Of a stretch of DNA of 64,000 nt, positions 38,747 through 52,599 are shown in pieces. Origin of the DNA: Bigelowiella natans CCMP2755. Lineage: Eukaryota; Protista; Cercozoa. The stretch spans positions 1 through 64,000 of the forward strand of contig ADNK01000631.1 in assembly GCA_000320545.1 (NCBI GenBank), written 5' to 3'. The translations under genes were made by a program, and so were the position numbers. Positions within the stretch are counted from its first letter, which is position 1. Each line of letters starts with the position of its first letter. The notes beneath the pieces are model-generated. The model searched no databases. It was not told the origin of the DNA and saw nothing but the letters and a program-made list of their open reading frames with translations.

Positions 38747-40720
38747 TTACGTGTAGTATTCCAGATGATCTACTTTTCCTCCTCCTCCTCCTCCTCCTCC
38801 TCCTCCTCCTCCTCCTCCTCCTCCTCCCCTCCCCTCATCTCCTCCTCCTCTAGTTCCTTCTCCTCCTCCTCTAGTTCCTTCTTCATGATCCAATACCGCC
38901 CCATAATTAGCCCCCAACCTTTGCACTGGATGAGCAGAAGTTTGGTGCTGTTTTCGCAACTGCAGCCCTAAGAGGGAATAAATGTTGGTTTATTGATATT
39001 AGACAACGTGGCTGAGAAAACTATAGGAGAACAACGAACGACTGCGAAACTAAATTGTAGGTGGAAAGAGTTAGTTGATGATACGATTCTTCTTGGGCAT
39101 CATCTTAGGATCCATTTTACTTGGAAACGTTTGGTGTGCCATTGTATGATTTTCTTGTTCTGCCATAGCCATTAGGTCAGCCGCAGATACATCCTCTTCC
39201 TCCTCATCCTTCTTCTCGGCTTCTTCCGCCTCTCCTCCTCCTTCTTCTCCTCGATTGCCAAGCTCAGTGTAAGCAGCCTCAAACTTGACGTACGTGTCGT
39301 CATTTTCCTCATCTGGTGATGAATACATAGGTAGGTGGGAATAATATTGGGGGTCAACAATGTCGAAGGTATTTATCTATCCCATCGTACTAGATAGCTA
39401 CGATGATATCAATAGGGATAACAACGGATGATGATTCCAGGTAGTAATAATGGTGTATTAGTAGTGTACTTCTGCCTCCTACTGGCGGTAGTACCCGACC
39501 TTCCTCTTTCTACTCAATCTCTGTTCGTAGTGATATTATGATTACAAAAGAAAAGAACGATACCTTGGACGCAAAAAGTCCCCGATCTGCGACAACCAAA
39601 TCCCGCGAAATTGCTTCTACTACCTGCTGGCTGGTGCTGCTGCACATAGAGCTTCATGTCGCTAAACGACCTCCTCATCAGATGATAATGATAATGATGA
39701 TGTTGAGCCTTCTCTCACAAATCCCCTGTTTCCACAGCCTCCTCTCTGTGGAAAAAGAACGAGTTGCGTGTGCCTTGTGTGCGTATTTGTGTGACTAGTG
39801 GAGGGCACGAGGGAGGGAATACGAAGAGAAGAACGTCTTCTTTTGCTTTGTACTGGAGCGTGGTAGCAGAGCCTAAATCAATGGGGAAACAGGAATACGA
39901 CAACCAATTTGCGCCTCTTCAGAACCGCCGGAAAACTTAAAATATATATATATTTCAGGTGAAATAAGTGCTGCGACAAGGAATACCCTGGATAGCAGGA
40001 ATTCTGGGGGTGACATCGTACATCAAACATCAGATATGTGTTGATACGTTCCACTTGACTATGAGGCTAAATAGAGGCGATTTTGCTTGACTTTCTCGTT
40101 GCATGATTGGAAGTATATCAATAACGGATGGAAAACGGCAACAAGAAGTACATGTAGTTGAGAATGGTATTCCCGTGTGCACGTGGTAACGTCTGTTTGC
40201 GACTATTTCGTGGAATCTATCATCATCATCATCATCACCATCGTCAGGTAGGGTAGTCCGCTGGCTGCCCCAAAACGAATTGTATCTTCGCAACAGTACG
40301 ATCCATCAAAGGCTAGATCTACACCAATTAACGTCGCAATAAGACATCTTATGGAAAAGTATGTCTAAATCGAAATACTTTTGGCTCTATTGCGCTTTCG
40401 TATGGGCCGTCACCATTGAGCCTACACGGTACATAACATCTGAATAAAATTCAACGCTGATTTAAAAGGGTAATTTGCTTTGTATTAGATGTGCGAATGT
40501 GAGAGTGCTAAACGTCTTCCTTCTGGATACACCAAATTCAACCTTTTCGATGGCCTCTACCGACTGCATCTCGCATGTAGTGGAAAAGAATGCGACCTTT
40601 GCCTCTGTCGCAACGAGTGCCTTTAACTCGGGCGTGTTTGTTAATAACTCCATGCTAACGATGTATGATGTGATCATTTTCCCTTCGATGGAGGCTCCGA
40701 TCTCTATTGGTGATGCATAC
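38747..40720 (-). CDS. Uncharacterised multi-exon protein
   Basis: Protein-like exon ORFs (40462-40677, 39715-39903, 39071-39328) bounded by GT/AG; no domain recognised with confidence. Confidence 0.4.
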
Positions 40721-40791
40721 TAACCACCAATAATATTGTAGCATAAAAAGTATCTATAATTTATCGCCAACTGATTAAGATGTCAAAATTC

Positions 40792-42079
40792 TATGGCTCT
40801 TTCTTTCATAAGAAACGATGCTGTTTTAATTTATGAACAGGATCCGAAGATAAGACACGTCTGCTTGAGTGGGTAGCTGCAGGTGGCACGCTGTTTCTGC
40901 TTGGAGATTGCCAAGGAAACTTCGCAACAGTTTACTCGACACTCTTCTCCCTCAAATCCATCACATTTCAAACTTGCCTACAAAATGGGCTTGCTACGCT
41001 GAGAACCGATGCATCTGCTGGTAAGTCAACCTCCTCAACTTAACTATCTTAGCCTGAAACACTCTGCATACAACATCTGATGAATCTTAGGGTCGAAATG
41101 GGAGGGGGTTCCAGACAGTGTTCACGTAGTTAACTCTTCAACTGTAGCGACAATAACAAAGGGCACTCAGACGTTTCAGGTGCTGGTTGGTGATTGTACC
41201 TTCCTCTATCATCTTCTTCTTTCTTTTCTTCATCTTTGTCCCTTCGACAAAGATATCAAAAGCTCAGATGAACTTATACTCTCTCTCTCTCTGTTTCTGT
41301 ATGTTTGTGTGTGTGTGTGTGTGTGTGTCTGCTCTTTTCTCACTGCTGGGCATTCTCGTGTACAAAAGGAGGGGGAGGCGTCTTCGGTTTACGCAAGTAC
41401 AAATGCCACCGGTTTCGAGCTAAGCTGGGTAACACATATAACAAGACATTATTTAGAGGCGAAGAGAGGCAGTTGCATGGCCCAAATAATCGGCTATTGT
41501 GCAATTGTGCATATTATTTAAATAATCATGGTCTTTATGTTTCTAACTCAAAGGTGACAGAGTTCGATGTGAATAATGGAATCGTCTTCATTTTCGGGAA
41601 CCCGTGAGTTGTAGAAATATCCATGAATGAGTGAACGCATGACATCAAAAGTGAAAATCTAAGTAGTAAATTTACCAGTTTGACGGAGATTATAGCTTCC
41701 TTTGAGGCATCCTATACCTAGCCCAAATTAACACATCAGAGCAACAGGGTTATAATACATGGTCTTTCGCACAAATACTAGGTATACGGTGTGCAATAGT
41801 GATGTGGGATGGAACTCAGTCCTGTCTGCGATTTTGGAACATCTCTATAGACAAAAATATGGTGGAGGAACATCTAAAGATGTGGTGATGGAGATTTACC
41901 TCTTTGTCGTTCCGGTAAGCCTTACCCTTCGTAAATACCACCAAAAAAAAATGCGCGGAAACAGTTACAACATGCACACAGTCACAGGCACAAACCTAAG
42001 CGCAATATAACAAGAATTGTCCAATTGAGTATGAATTGTAAATATTTCGACTAATATTGGCGTCAGAAAGAAAGAACAA

Positions 42080-42115
<36 letters not shown>

Positions 42116-42797
42116 GGGTGAAGAATAAAATCTTAATATTTACCATGGAAATGTATAGTTTCGCATGCACACGCAGCAGTCATGAACTGTGCATGTTCCC
42201 TCATGATAACCACATCTTTAATGAATATTTTGCAGGTGTACGCAGCGCTTTTATTGGTGCATTTCTACTTTTTATGTCGGAGGTTTGCCTGAAAAATAAC
42301 GGCAGATGATAGAGAGAATTCGTCGTTGTCTGTGTTCCTTGCACTAGGACCTCTACGCTGACACGATTGATGCTATTCTTCTCTCACTAACACATACTAC
42401 TATCTTAAATTAGCACGTCTACTGGCATTAAGTTCCACGTACTTCGCAGGATATTGATTATAAGTAGGAAAAAGACATGATAATGAGCTCTTCTTCTTTG
42501 GTTAAAACGTCATTATATCTTCGAGTGTTGACAGTTGCTGTTGTGGAGAAGGGGCGGGAAAACTCAGACCTCCCTCCTTCTCCTCCTCCTCCCCTCCTAA
42601 ATACATTTTGTAAACTATTATTCAGTACAATGCGTGGGTCGTATTGTGTCATTTCTACTTCTCTCCAAATATCTTGAGAGCTTTCAGATCTCACAACGAA
42701 GTAAGGATAATATAATATAAAATACATATGGAATGAATGTACCTAAGCATACACACGCACGCGCGCGCGCACACACGCACACACACACACACACACA

Positions 42798-42841
<44 letters not shown>

Positions 42842-42965
42842 TGTGTGTGTGTGTGTGTATGTGTGTGTGTGTGTGCGTGTGTATATATGTATGTACATAT
42901 TGTATAGTTACTTTTCTTGCTGTATAATTGTGGCCGGCACCGTTGTGATAATCACACAAGTTACC

Positions 42966-42996
<31 letters not shown>

Positions 42997-44077
42997 CACT
43001 ACTACCACCACTACTACATTTTTTAAAATTTGATTGGGGACAACGTTTCAGGTGAGATCTGGAAAGTGTTTATTATTTTTGCAATTCCACACCTTGCAAT
43101 GTGGGCTAACTACGGTAATACTTTCTCTTGCTCCGATTAATCATTAATGAAACGACGCCAACAAAGATTTGGTTCTGCTGTAATAGCCTTTTCCTTCTAC
43201 ATATTGGGGAGCAAAGAAGCCCTAAACATTTTATTTTCAAGTCAAATCATTCCTTAATCTACATGGCTGTACAGGACTGGGCCTTCATTATTGGATATTT
43301 CTCAACCCGCACATTGCTATCAATCGATGCGAGGTTGTTCTACATGAAGTTATTTTCCATTAATGTGACGCAACGGTGTTAGATACCTGGATTACCGCAT
43401 CTTCTATTTGAGTCATTTCGCCGAGAAATGTTTTTTCCTACAATGCCATCCTTTAATGCTTGGCATTCTTCAATTTCCAGGGAGTTTGGTGGATTCTTCC
43501 CGTGCTGGTAATGATGCTGTTAGAATGTTGATCAGCTTCTCTGTTCTTCCAAAAGTGAATGTATGTAACACATGTTCAAACTTGAAAGTGGTCGCAGAAA
43601 TATCGATGGAGAATGCCAGCCTTATCAATGAAAACTTTTACAACTGGAATAAGTTTTATTTGTTAGATATATTCTTCGTTGTGTGATTGTGGATGATTGT
43701 TCAGGTTGGTATTCCTGTGACGGTGATGGCAGTGTTGTCGTACTTGTACCTTGACCTGCTCTATTCATACAACACCAACGATGGTTATAATGGTTCTATT
43801 AACACGAAAATGCTCCTGGCCCTCATTCCTTCAGTTGCTACGGTAAGCAGGACAAGTATGTGTGTGTGTGGGTGGGTGTGGGTGGGTGGGTGTGACTGTT
43901 CTGTTCTCAGGTCTTCAGTGGGATGGTATCTCTCACTATTTACGTCATTTCGTGGATCACTTGCAACGGAATGGCATTCTTTGAAGAAAACACACATGTC
44001 AGCAATGACCAACATTGGAATATACGCACCCATATGCAGCAGAAATTCATCCTCCGTATGACACAAAGCACGCACAC

Positions 44078-44114
<37 letters not shown>

Positions 44115-46650
44115 AAAATTGAGCTGTATATGTGCCGATGCTAGTCAATCAAAATATCCCTAAGCACTCCCGTCGTACAGTATTTATTACGGGATTCAGC
44201 TTCATATTGGTATTTACTGGAAACATGCTTTGCGTGCAGCATAGGTTCATTGTTATTAGAAAGATTCTCAAGGTTTTATCAGCCTTGGTATGAATGTACA
44301 CATACACACATGCAGGAAGAGAAGGAGAGATAAAGAGAGAAAGAGAGAGAGAGGGGGGGGGGGAGGGAAATAGCACAGCGCTTAAATATTCTCTCGATTA
44401 CTTTCAAACTTTTCTAGCAATTTGCGTCGATATTCTCAGATTCTAGTGCAGAATATGTTCTGGGTGGTCGGAAGTGTTCTCTATGTTCAACGAGAAGATC
44501 TTTCCAGCAGCGAGCACATCATTACAGCCTCTTCAATCTGGGTGCTGCATACGAAAACGCGACAAAATTCTTTCTAGGCAAATAGCATAATCATGACTTT
44601 GAAAATGACAATACCATTCAGTTATAATGATATCAAATATGTTTTTTGGACGATGTAAGATGAGTTGAGGTTATGTACATGGTTTCGTATTGATCCCTCA
44701 TCATCACCATAACGATTGAATTGGGGAACGTACACATATCCTATATTTTCGCTGGTCAGATATTGGCTGCTGTGGGCATCGATGTCTTGGGTGAAAAGAA
44801 GCAGCGAAAAATGCATACATACATACTACGGCTGCTTGTCTTTTGAAATGATGAGAAATAAATAACAGAGGAAAAGAGGACATGGAAGAAAGGATGAATA
44901 ATGCGGGAGGAGAAGGGAAATTGAGAATAAGCACTAATGAATGAATGATAGTGTTTGTAACACAAGAGCAATTTCTAACATAAGCAGTGGAACACTGTCT
45001 CATATTTCTATGGTTGCTCTATTAGGTGCTCTGATACAAATTGACATCGCAGCTGGGTCAAAGTGTGTGGAATGTTTCGTTCTGCTAGGGGACACATCTA
45101 CCGTACAACTTGAGCTGTCAAGAATGGAAATACATTCGCGCATCAACAACAACAACAACACCACCACCAATAACAACAACAACAATTCCGATAACGAGAT
45201 TGACAAAAATCAAAACATCGTGCTCCCAGAATATCAGGTGCGTAGCACAATAACTATTCACAAAATAATTTGCGAGGAAACCCATATTGACGTGTTCGAA
45301 TCTGTAAAGACAGCAACAAACTCTCAACTGCTCCCAACCGTAAAATGTTAATGTGCATATGAGCGATTGTTTGTATTTGCTGCAGAGACGTGTTGTAAAA
45401 AGAGCTCGTCATTCGATGATAAGCCCTTCAAGTAAAATCACAGCCAGCGAGTAATGATGATAATAATTATATGTAAGTGGTGAGTATAAGGAGGAGGAAT
45501 TGTTTCATGAGGAGGGATTTCTTTTATGATCGCCGGTTTTAGATCTAATGTAATTAGAGTGCCTTATTATCACCCACTGTTTCTGTTTATTCTTCCCTAC
45601 CCACCCTCTCTCACTAAATGCTGCTCATTCGACGTTTCAGATCATTGCAGTCGCGTAGATTCGATCATTTTCGTGGCAAATCAGAGCGCCTAACCTGCAT
45701 TGAAAGTCAAGAGCAGGAAAGAGGGGGGGGGGATGCACCGGGGAGAGAGAGAACAACAGCAAAATTCAAAACTGTTGTAGATTATAAACATCAATCAAGT
45801 CATCATAATTGGCAGCAGCAGCAGCGGCAGCGGCATCACGCGTCACCAGAGTCTATTTCACGATGTTTGAATAGTAGTGAACGGACAAATTGCCCGACTG
45901 CTAATGGAAAAGAGAGCCCCCCTCCACCACCACCTCCTCCTCCTCCTCCTCCTCCTCCTCCTCCTCGTATTTGTCCGTTATCCTCTTTACATCGCGCTGA
46001 GAAGATGTCCAGTGGGAGAGACAAAAGAGACTTAGAAGAAAATTACTTTCCCAAACAACAACTAAGGCAGCAGCAACAACAGTTAAAGGGAAAGTTGCAG
46101 CATATATCCGAAAATGGAAAACCTCGGTTCGCCTTCAATTTCCTTCCTTCTTCATCACCTGCAAGCTAAATAGATTATCAATGCATTCGTTTAGATTGAC
46201 GCTTGGAAAGACTCTGAGTGGTATCAATAAGCTCCTGAGGTTTGGCAACAAAAACAACAACAGTAAAGGTGATTGTACATCAGCAGTGCATGTTCTCATC
46301 ACAATATATTAATGTTCGAAGTATTATCGAGGTAACAACAGCCATGATGCCCATGGGAATCTACGAGGAGTTGAAGAGGGGAGGGAAAGCTTAGAAATGC
46401 CACGGAAATGATAAGTAGAAGACTTAAGATAGTGCAATCTATGAAGTAAGGGTTGTGGAACAAAATCCAATTTTCAGAAGAACGAAAGAAGAGATACCAT
46501 GTACGGGATTTGAGCGCTGCTGCCAGGGATGGGCCGATGCCGTCAAAGCGTCAAGGAATGTTGACCAGAGGCAATGCATTCAATGCCAGCAAGGTTTCTG
46601 TCGGGAGAACTCCGGTTTCGACTCCTGTTGTATCCAGCAATTCTAGGTGA
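40792..46650 (+). CDS. Uncharacterised multi-pass membrane protein, many short exons
   Basis: Hydrophobic exons (IYLFVVP, SAFIGAFLLF, IFAIPHLAMWANY, VGIPVTVMAVLSYLY, FITGFSFILVF, MVALLGALIQ) followed by a low-complexity tail. Confidence 0.5.
42780..42858. repeat. Palindromic compound microsatellite (CA)n-(TA)n-(TG)n
   Basis: acacac..atgtac(at)n gtacat gtgtgt.. is self-complementary. Confidence 0.85.
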
Positions 46651-47299
46651 TGGTAGATAGATGGATTATCATCTTTTGCATACGATGATGATAATGAAGG
46701 CTTGTGAGCAACAGTAGGACATACATGAAATAAATTAGGCACTGGTAATAGTAGGAGTAGAAGTAGAGGCTGTATTAGTAGTGATGGTAGCAATGGCAAA
46801 GATGCAGCTGAATGCTGTTACAATGTTCATTTTTGCTGTGTATTATGCAAGGAGGAAGCCCAATAGCAGCAACAACCTCAAAGGTTTATAGCCTTTCTTC
46901 ATTATTTCATTTACGGTTGGGTGTTATGACGATGGTGACGGTGATGAGGAGGTCGATACCTCCTTGACGATCGGCAACAAATTATCTGTTTGGAAGTAGT
47001 TTACTCACCAGCCTCAATTCATTGCATGTGTTTAATTTTTATATGCACACACACCTCCCCCCACCCCTACGCCGCCCCCCCCCCCCACACACACACACTA
47101 TAGCGCGCGCGCGCGGCACGCTCCAAATGCAATTCAAGTATAGTTATTGACGCCCCTTGTTATTTTCTAAATAGAGGCGGATAAGAAGGAATTTGGTCAA
47201 AATTAGGCTCTACCACAACATACCCTGGGCGGAGAGTAATTATATTATAACATTAACACCGCTGTTTTATGAAAGTCTAACGCATTGCCGATGAAGAAT

Positions 47300-47620
47300 A
47301 ATTGCAAGGTTTTGCACATCATTCAGCAAGAAAAGACATGCCGCATGTTCCATGACCAAGACGCAGATGCAGCAGAGCCGTGTAACGTGTGACACCGCAC
47401 AAACAGCAAGAACAACAACAACACAACAAAAAGAACAAGGCAGCAACAACTTGTGCTTGTGCTGCACGTGCAGCTTTGCACATTTGCGACGTCAGAGTGT
47501 ATGTAGACCACAAACTGTGCCTAGCTAGCTAGATGTTGGTTCATGCTAGCATGTGCATGAGGTGCGGGATGCACGTGTGGATTAGATCATGTCCGCGCAG
47601 CCTGCGCTCATCTGCTCTCT
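47300..47620. other. Short TpA-depleted intergenic patch
   Basis: CA/TG-rich with several surviving CTAG (ctagctagctag at ~47521). Confidence 0.5.
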
Positions 47621-48299
47621 GCTAGTTATATAGTACTAGAGTATAAGGCGATAGGCGCGCACAGTGTCGCTGCAAATATGCTTTACTAATTGCTCATTCT
47701 GCTACAAGGTTGTCATACTGTCATATCTAGGCCGAGTGTGACTACACGCCATGTCTATGATACGCACGATGTACATAATTCAAATGAGGGCAGAGTAGTA
47801 TCGCTTACAAGGGTGGGTGGAAACGTTAATGTTTACAGTTGATCTTTAAGATTGTTGCGCTTTTCTTTTTTTATCTTCAGCACCATGATCATCACCATTC
47901 TCTGACTGTCCTAGCTCGTGCGTCCGGTCTGAAAGTTTTCATACGTTGCGTTGTAATACGATGCGATGCTGCTCTTGAAGATTACATTATTCTCCTATTT
48001 GCAGCAGTGATAGTGATGATAGTATAGTTTGCCAGGTAGCAGTATCTATTTATCCAAGCCGTTGGTGATCGCTCTCATCTCCCTCCTCATCTATATTAGT
48101 AGTACAGACATCACACGCTCTTGTCAAGGAAGGTACGTAATCATAATGGCGTAATAGCTATGCTATCAATGGTTTTCATAGAGGAAAGTGATCTGATACT
48201 GATGATAATGGCAATGCAACATCACCACTACCATCATAAGTAAATTGCTTAAGGGGGAAATGAGCGAGGGAAGGGGGGAGAGAGTTCCACATTGTCAGC

Positions 48300-48781
48300 A
48301 ATTATATTTTTCTATTTGTGAATAAACACCCATCATCATCACTCACCGTCCTTCCTAGAGGCATTTAGTCTTCGGGAAGGTCCCTTGTTATCATCATCAG
48401 CTTCATCATTGTCCTTGTCCCCCATTGGATTCTATATGCAGTAGTAAGTGATTAGGTCGTATTTTATCATAATTACTATAAAAAGTTATACTAGTAATGT
48501 GCGTGCGTTGTGTTCTTGGACTGGCTGCTAAATTGATAAAGATGACACCATAAAAATTCTCCAATATTATCATCTATCTTATCGTCAACTCTTCGTTGCT
48601 TTAATCCATCATCGTCGTCGTCGTCATCACATTGCTATTGCTGAATACAAGTGCTATCTTCAGTCGTCACTACCTCCGGATCATGATCGTCGTCTTTCTT
48701 GCTCATAGAAGCGGACATTGGAATATGAAGCGTGGCATGGAGGAGGATGGGTATGGTGCTGACAGATGGTGATGATGATGG

Positions 48782-48812
<31 letters not shown>

Positions 48813-50698
48813 AATGACGATGAACAGTATAGTAGCGATATTATGCGTAATATTATGAAATATGGTGTATGAAGAATCAGGCATTTGAGGGATTCTTAAT
48901 ATATTTCTTACAGGAACATACCTGAAAATCACGATCCAGAGCAGCACGTTACCTGCACATAGCAGTAGTACTATGGAGGATATGCTAGCCATTGCCCAAA
49001 GCTTGTACTTTTCGGCAAGAATCACCTGTTATGTATACATACTACTCAGCGTATTAGCTGGCATCATAACCTCGAATGACAACTATCATAGCGGATCTTC
49101 TTCTATTTATCGACGCTGCTACTTCTCAATCGGAGTTATTCGTTCTTATATCTATTCAGATGTGATGAGTGTGACTATCATTACGTCTCCGATCTTTATG
49201 TGTTTGAGTTGCAGGCCGTAGTACCAGCCAATGCATAGCACTAAATGATAGACCAACCCACGTCAAAATTGACGAAAAAATAGTCAGATAGGTTGAAGGA
49301 GAGAAAGGGTCGTCAATGAGAGAGACGGTGAATGTTAAGCAAGAACATAAACTCTTCCGAATATTTACCTAGAACGCACATGAGAGCCACAGAAGATCTA
49401 AATCTGATTACCATTACAACATAAACGATTAACCCACATATTTATTTCATGAAGAGCTGTTGGATGAATGAAGCAAAGGTTATACAACTACTCACATTCC
49501 ATATAAGAGGACAAGCAGTGCGAAGATGACGTCTGAAACATATGGTCAAAGCTGAGTGCTTATTCTTCGTGTCCATAGTAACATTAACGGTGTTGCTTAC
49601 AGTTAGATAAGAAGAATTGGAGATTCCTGAAGATACGGTGCTTGACCTCATCCATATGAGGCGGGATCTTGAAATTCGAAGGAACAAAGCATTGGTCGGG
49701 GCTCCTATAGAACGACAACACAAAGTACAACATTTCAAACCAATTTTCCAGCAAAATCTATGCAGTCGACTGCATCGGGCTATCACACGTGTTAATACAC
49801 GAGCAGCTATCAGAAAGCAAAGATCATCGAATACTGCTCTTTTCTTCAATGACGTCATATTCTCATTCCGCCTTGTATGATCGATGACCTTCTCTCGCTA
49901 TGCAGATTTTCATGTTTTATTCATTGAAAGGATTGAATCTATTTGGAAAACCAAAAGGAAGGTATTGCATAGAATGGAATCCCTCCGTACCACAACTAAC
50001 TAGCGACGACTCCGTTCTGCAACAACCTGATACTGCCGATCCAATCTCGTTTTCGCATGTAATGGCCAACAACCTTGACAACCTCATTGCCTTCCCCCAT
50101 TCTCCGATTCATTATGTCCACAATAGCCTGTTTGTGGCGCTCCCAGTTGTAGCTGTTAGAGTTGAGGCCGAGAGAGGTACTGGGAGATCCCTGTGAACTC
50201 ATTCCACTTATTCTCGTCGGCAGAAAATCACTAAAATAGACCTCTTATGCCAAATACGACAACAATTTTTATCATATTTTAGTAATATTTCTATAACGCT
50301 GGCTATTTTGCTTCCTCGTTTCAAACTTCCTCTTGTCGTTAATATGCAATACTAATCCCATCTGAAGCCACCTACGAGATTATTGATCCTGTCGAAGGAT
50401 GAGAACATGATGCATTTTGCCAAAGTGTGTTGTGAGAATTATTACCGTTGTACCTTCTATGAAAGGATTCGATGATATAAACTATCTACGACAAGAACCT
50501 TTTCATGTCGTTTTGCTTCTCCAAAGCATAAACATACACTTCGGTCGTACCTCCTATTTTTCCATTAGCTACTGGAGAACTCAAGTCGCACACATGTATT
50601 TCAAACTTTAACATTTTATGTTTTCTCGCGATCGCACTCTGTTGTCGCAAGTCTGAGCATAATATTGTCCAAATGCGCTGAGAGGGTGGTCGAACCAT
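48300..50698 (-). CDS. Uncharacterised multi-exon protein
   Basis: Collinear exon-like ORFs 50486-50698, 49996-50202, 49442-49858; no domain recognised. Confidence 0.35.
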
Positions 50699-51018
50699 TA
50701 TTAGAAAGAAAAATAAAAATGAATGCCATTTTGGATTGACATTTAGGTTGATTAACTACCGAACTAGAATCGCACGGCATTCTGTATCAGGGAAAAGAAA
50801 ACAGTCTGATTTTTGCAATGTAAAATGGATAATCCCTAGAACTTCAGCACTTATTTCCATTTTTAAATCTACATCGAAGGAGAAGGGCAGCCTAAATAGG
50901 ATATTAGAACTTCGCGAATATAACTCATAAGTCTTAAAATTACTCCCAGAAATTAGTTACTTTGACCATTCGTCGCACCCCTCTGGCAGTCAGCATCTAA
51001 CATTGAAACGGGATTAGG

Positions 51019-51957
51019 ATGTACAGGCGTCGACGAGGGAGGGTTCGTCGCATGAAAATATCCGCCCAGATCACAGTTGAAGTGGAGGAAGATGGGGAGA
51101 CATGCTCTGAATCAGGGCAGAAAACCACGAACAAGGACAAGTTGAACAAGTTGTCAAACATCATCGGTGGCTCCACTCCATCCCCGGAACCTTCCACGAG
51201 AAATTCTTCGTTGGAAACTAGCAAGTGTGATGACGATCTGAATGATGGGACCGAGGGAACTGTAGCTACACCAAAGATGCAACACCAAAAGCCGTGCAAG
51301 AATTGTCCCTTCTCTAAAGACTGCATGGTAGCAGGAGAGAAATTGAAGAAGATCATGAGTGTTCCAATAGAGAGCCCATATAATAGCGAGAGGATGGCGA
51401 TCGAGAACACAAAAAAGAACCTATCTCAAGATTTTCCTAGAGCAGCTACATCGAGTGATAAAAAACCAGGTTGGACTCAACAACAGTCCTGCCAGGAGGT
51501 CAAGGAGGGAAACACTCTCAAATTCAAGTGTCTCGAGTGCGAAACAATGGCCGAGACGTAAGAGAGATAAGATTAAACATCAATACTTGAAAATTCTAAT
51601 CTTGTGTTTTATTTCCTCATCAGGGGCTCAAAAATATACACAATGGAACATGTCGCTAAACACAACTCCGCTTCAAGCTGCTGGCTGGTAGCGCATGGTG
51701 TCGTATACGACGCCACACCATTTCTGACGTTACATCCTGCTGGGGACAGATCAATTTTAAGGAAGGGAGGTATTGTATTCGCTACATTTAGCCTACCTAC
51801 GTCGCACAATTTACAATATGTGTTCTCCATACTTTTTGTAGGTAAAATTTCGACAAGAGATTTTGATTTCCACTCTTCCGGTGCTCGGCGGAAGTGGGGA
51901 AAGTATAAAATTGGTCATTTGAAAGGCCAGTGTTCAAACCCTTGTGTTATCTCTTAA
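51019..51957 (+). CDS. Cytochrome b5 heme-binding domain protein with C-terminal CaaX (3 exons)
   Basis: YTMEHVAKHNSASSCWLVAHGVVYDATPFLTLHPAG..DFDFHS..YKIG; ends CVIS*. Confidence 0.9.
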
Positions 51958-52599
51958 ATTATAAGTCTCTAGTGATTAAGTATGCAATTGTATTGCCCAT
52001 TCCAGACAAAGGTAGAATTTGTCTTTTGTGGTCAAGACTAAAGAACTAGCAGTGCCTTGTTCGAAGAAAATGAGTGCAAGCATTTAAATCGGTTTTTAAG
52101 CCTTACGTGAAAATATCCATCTCACCTATCGCGTCGCGCATCCTCATCTAACCCTGTCCCAAGTCAATTATTGTTGAAGTCACATGTATAGTATTACGAC
52201 GATTTGTCGTACTGAACTTCCGAAAGATCCTGCTGATTTATTTAGCAATATTAAAACCTATTGAGTGAAATTCCAAGTTAATAATCAATTTAGTCCATGA
52301 AGTCTCTTGTCTAGTGCCGTTCACAATTTAATTTGTCTCATCAACGACACATTGTGCATTATTGGAGAACTATGTTAGCATTGTGTGGTTGCCAACCAAT
52401 GGTGCATCAATCAAGTGAATCTACATGCAGATCAGCATTGCGATGTGAAACTGTATTAGCCCGGCCCGTTGCGTCGGCTCTCGCCGCTATTGCTAGATTG
52501 TGGCTTGGATGGGCTGACTGAGACATTACGGACATGTAATATCACATACATGTAATAATGTCATATACATCTTACACATGCTATTCTAGTATTACTGTG

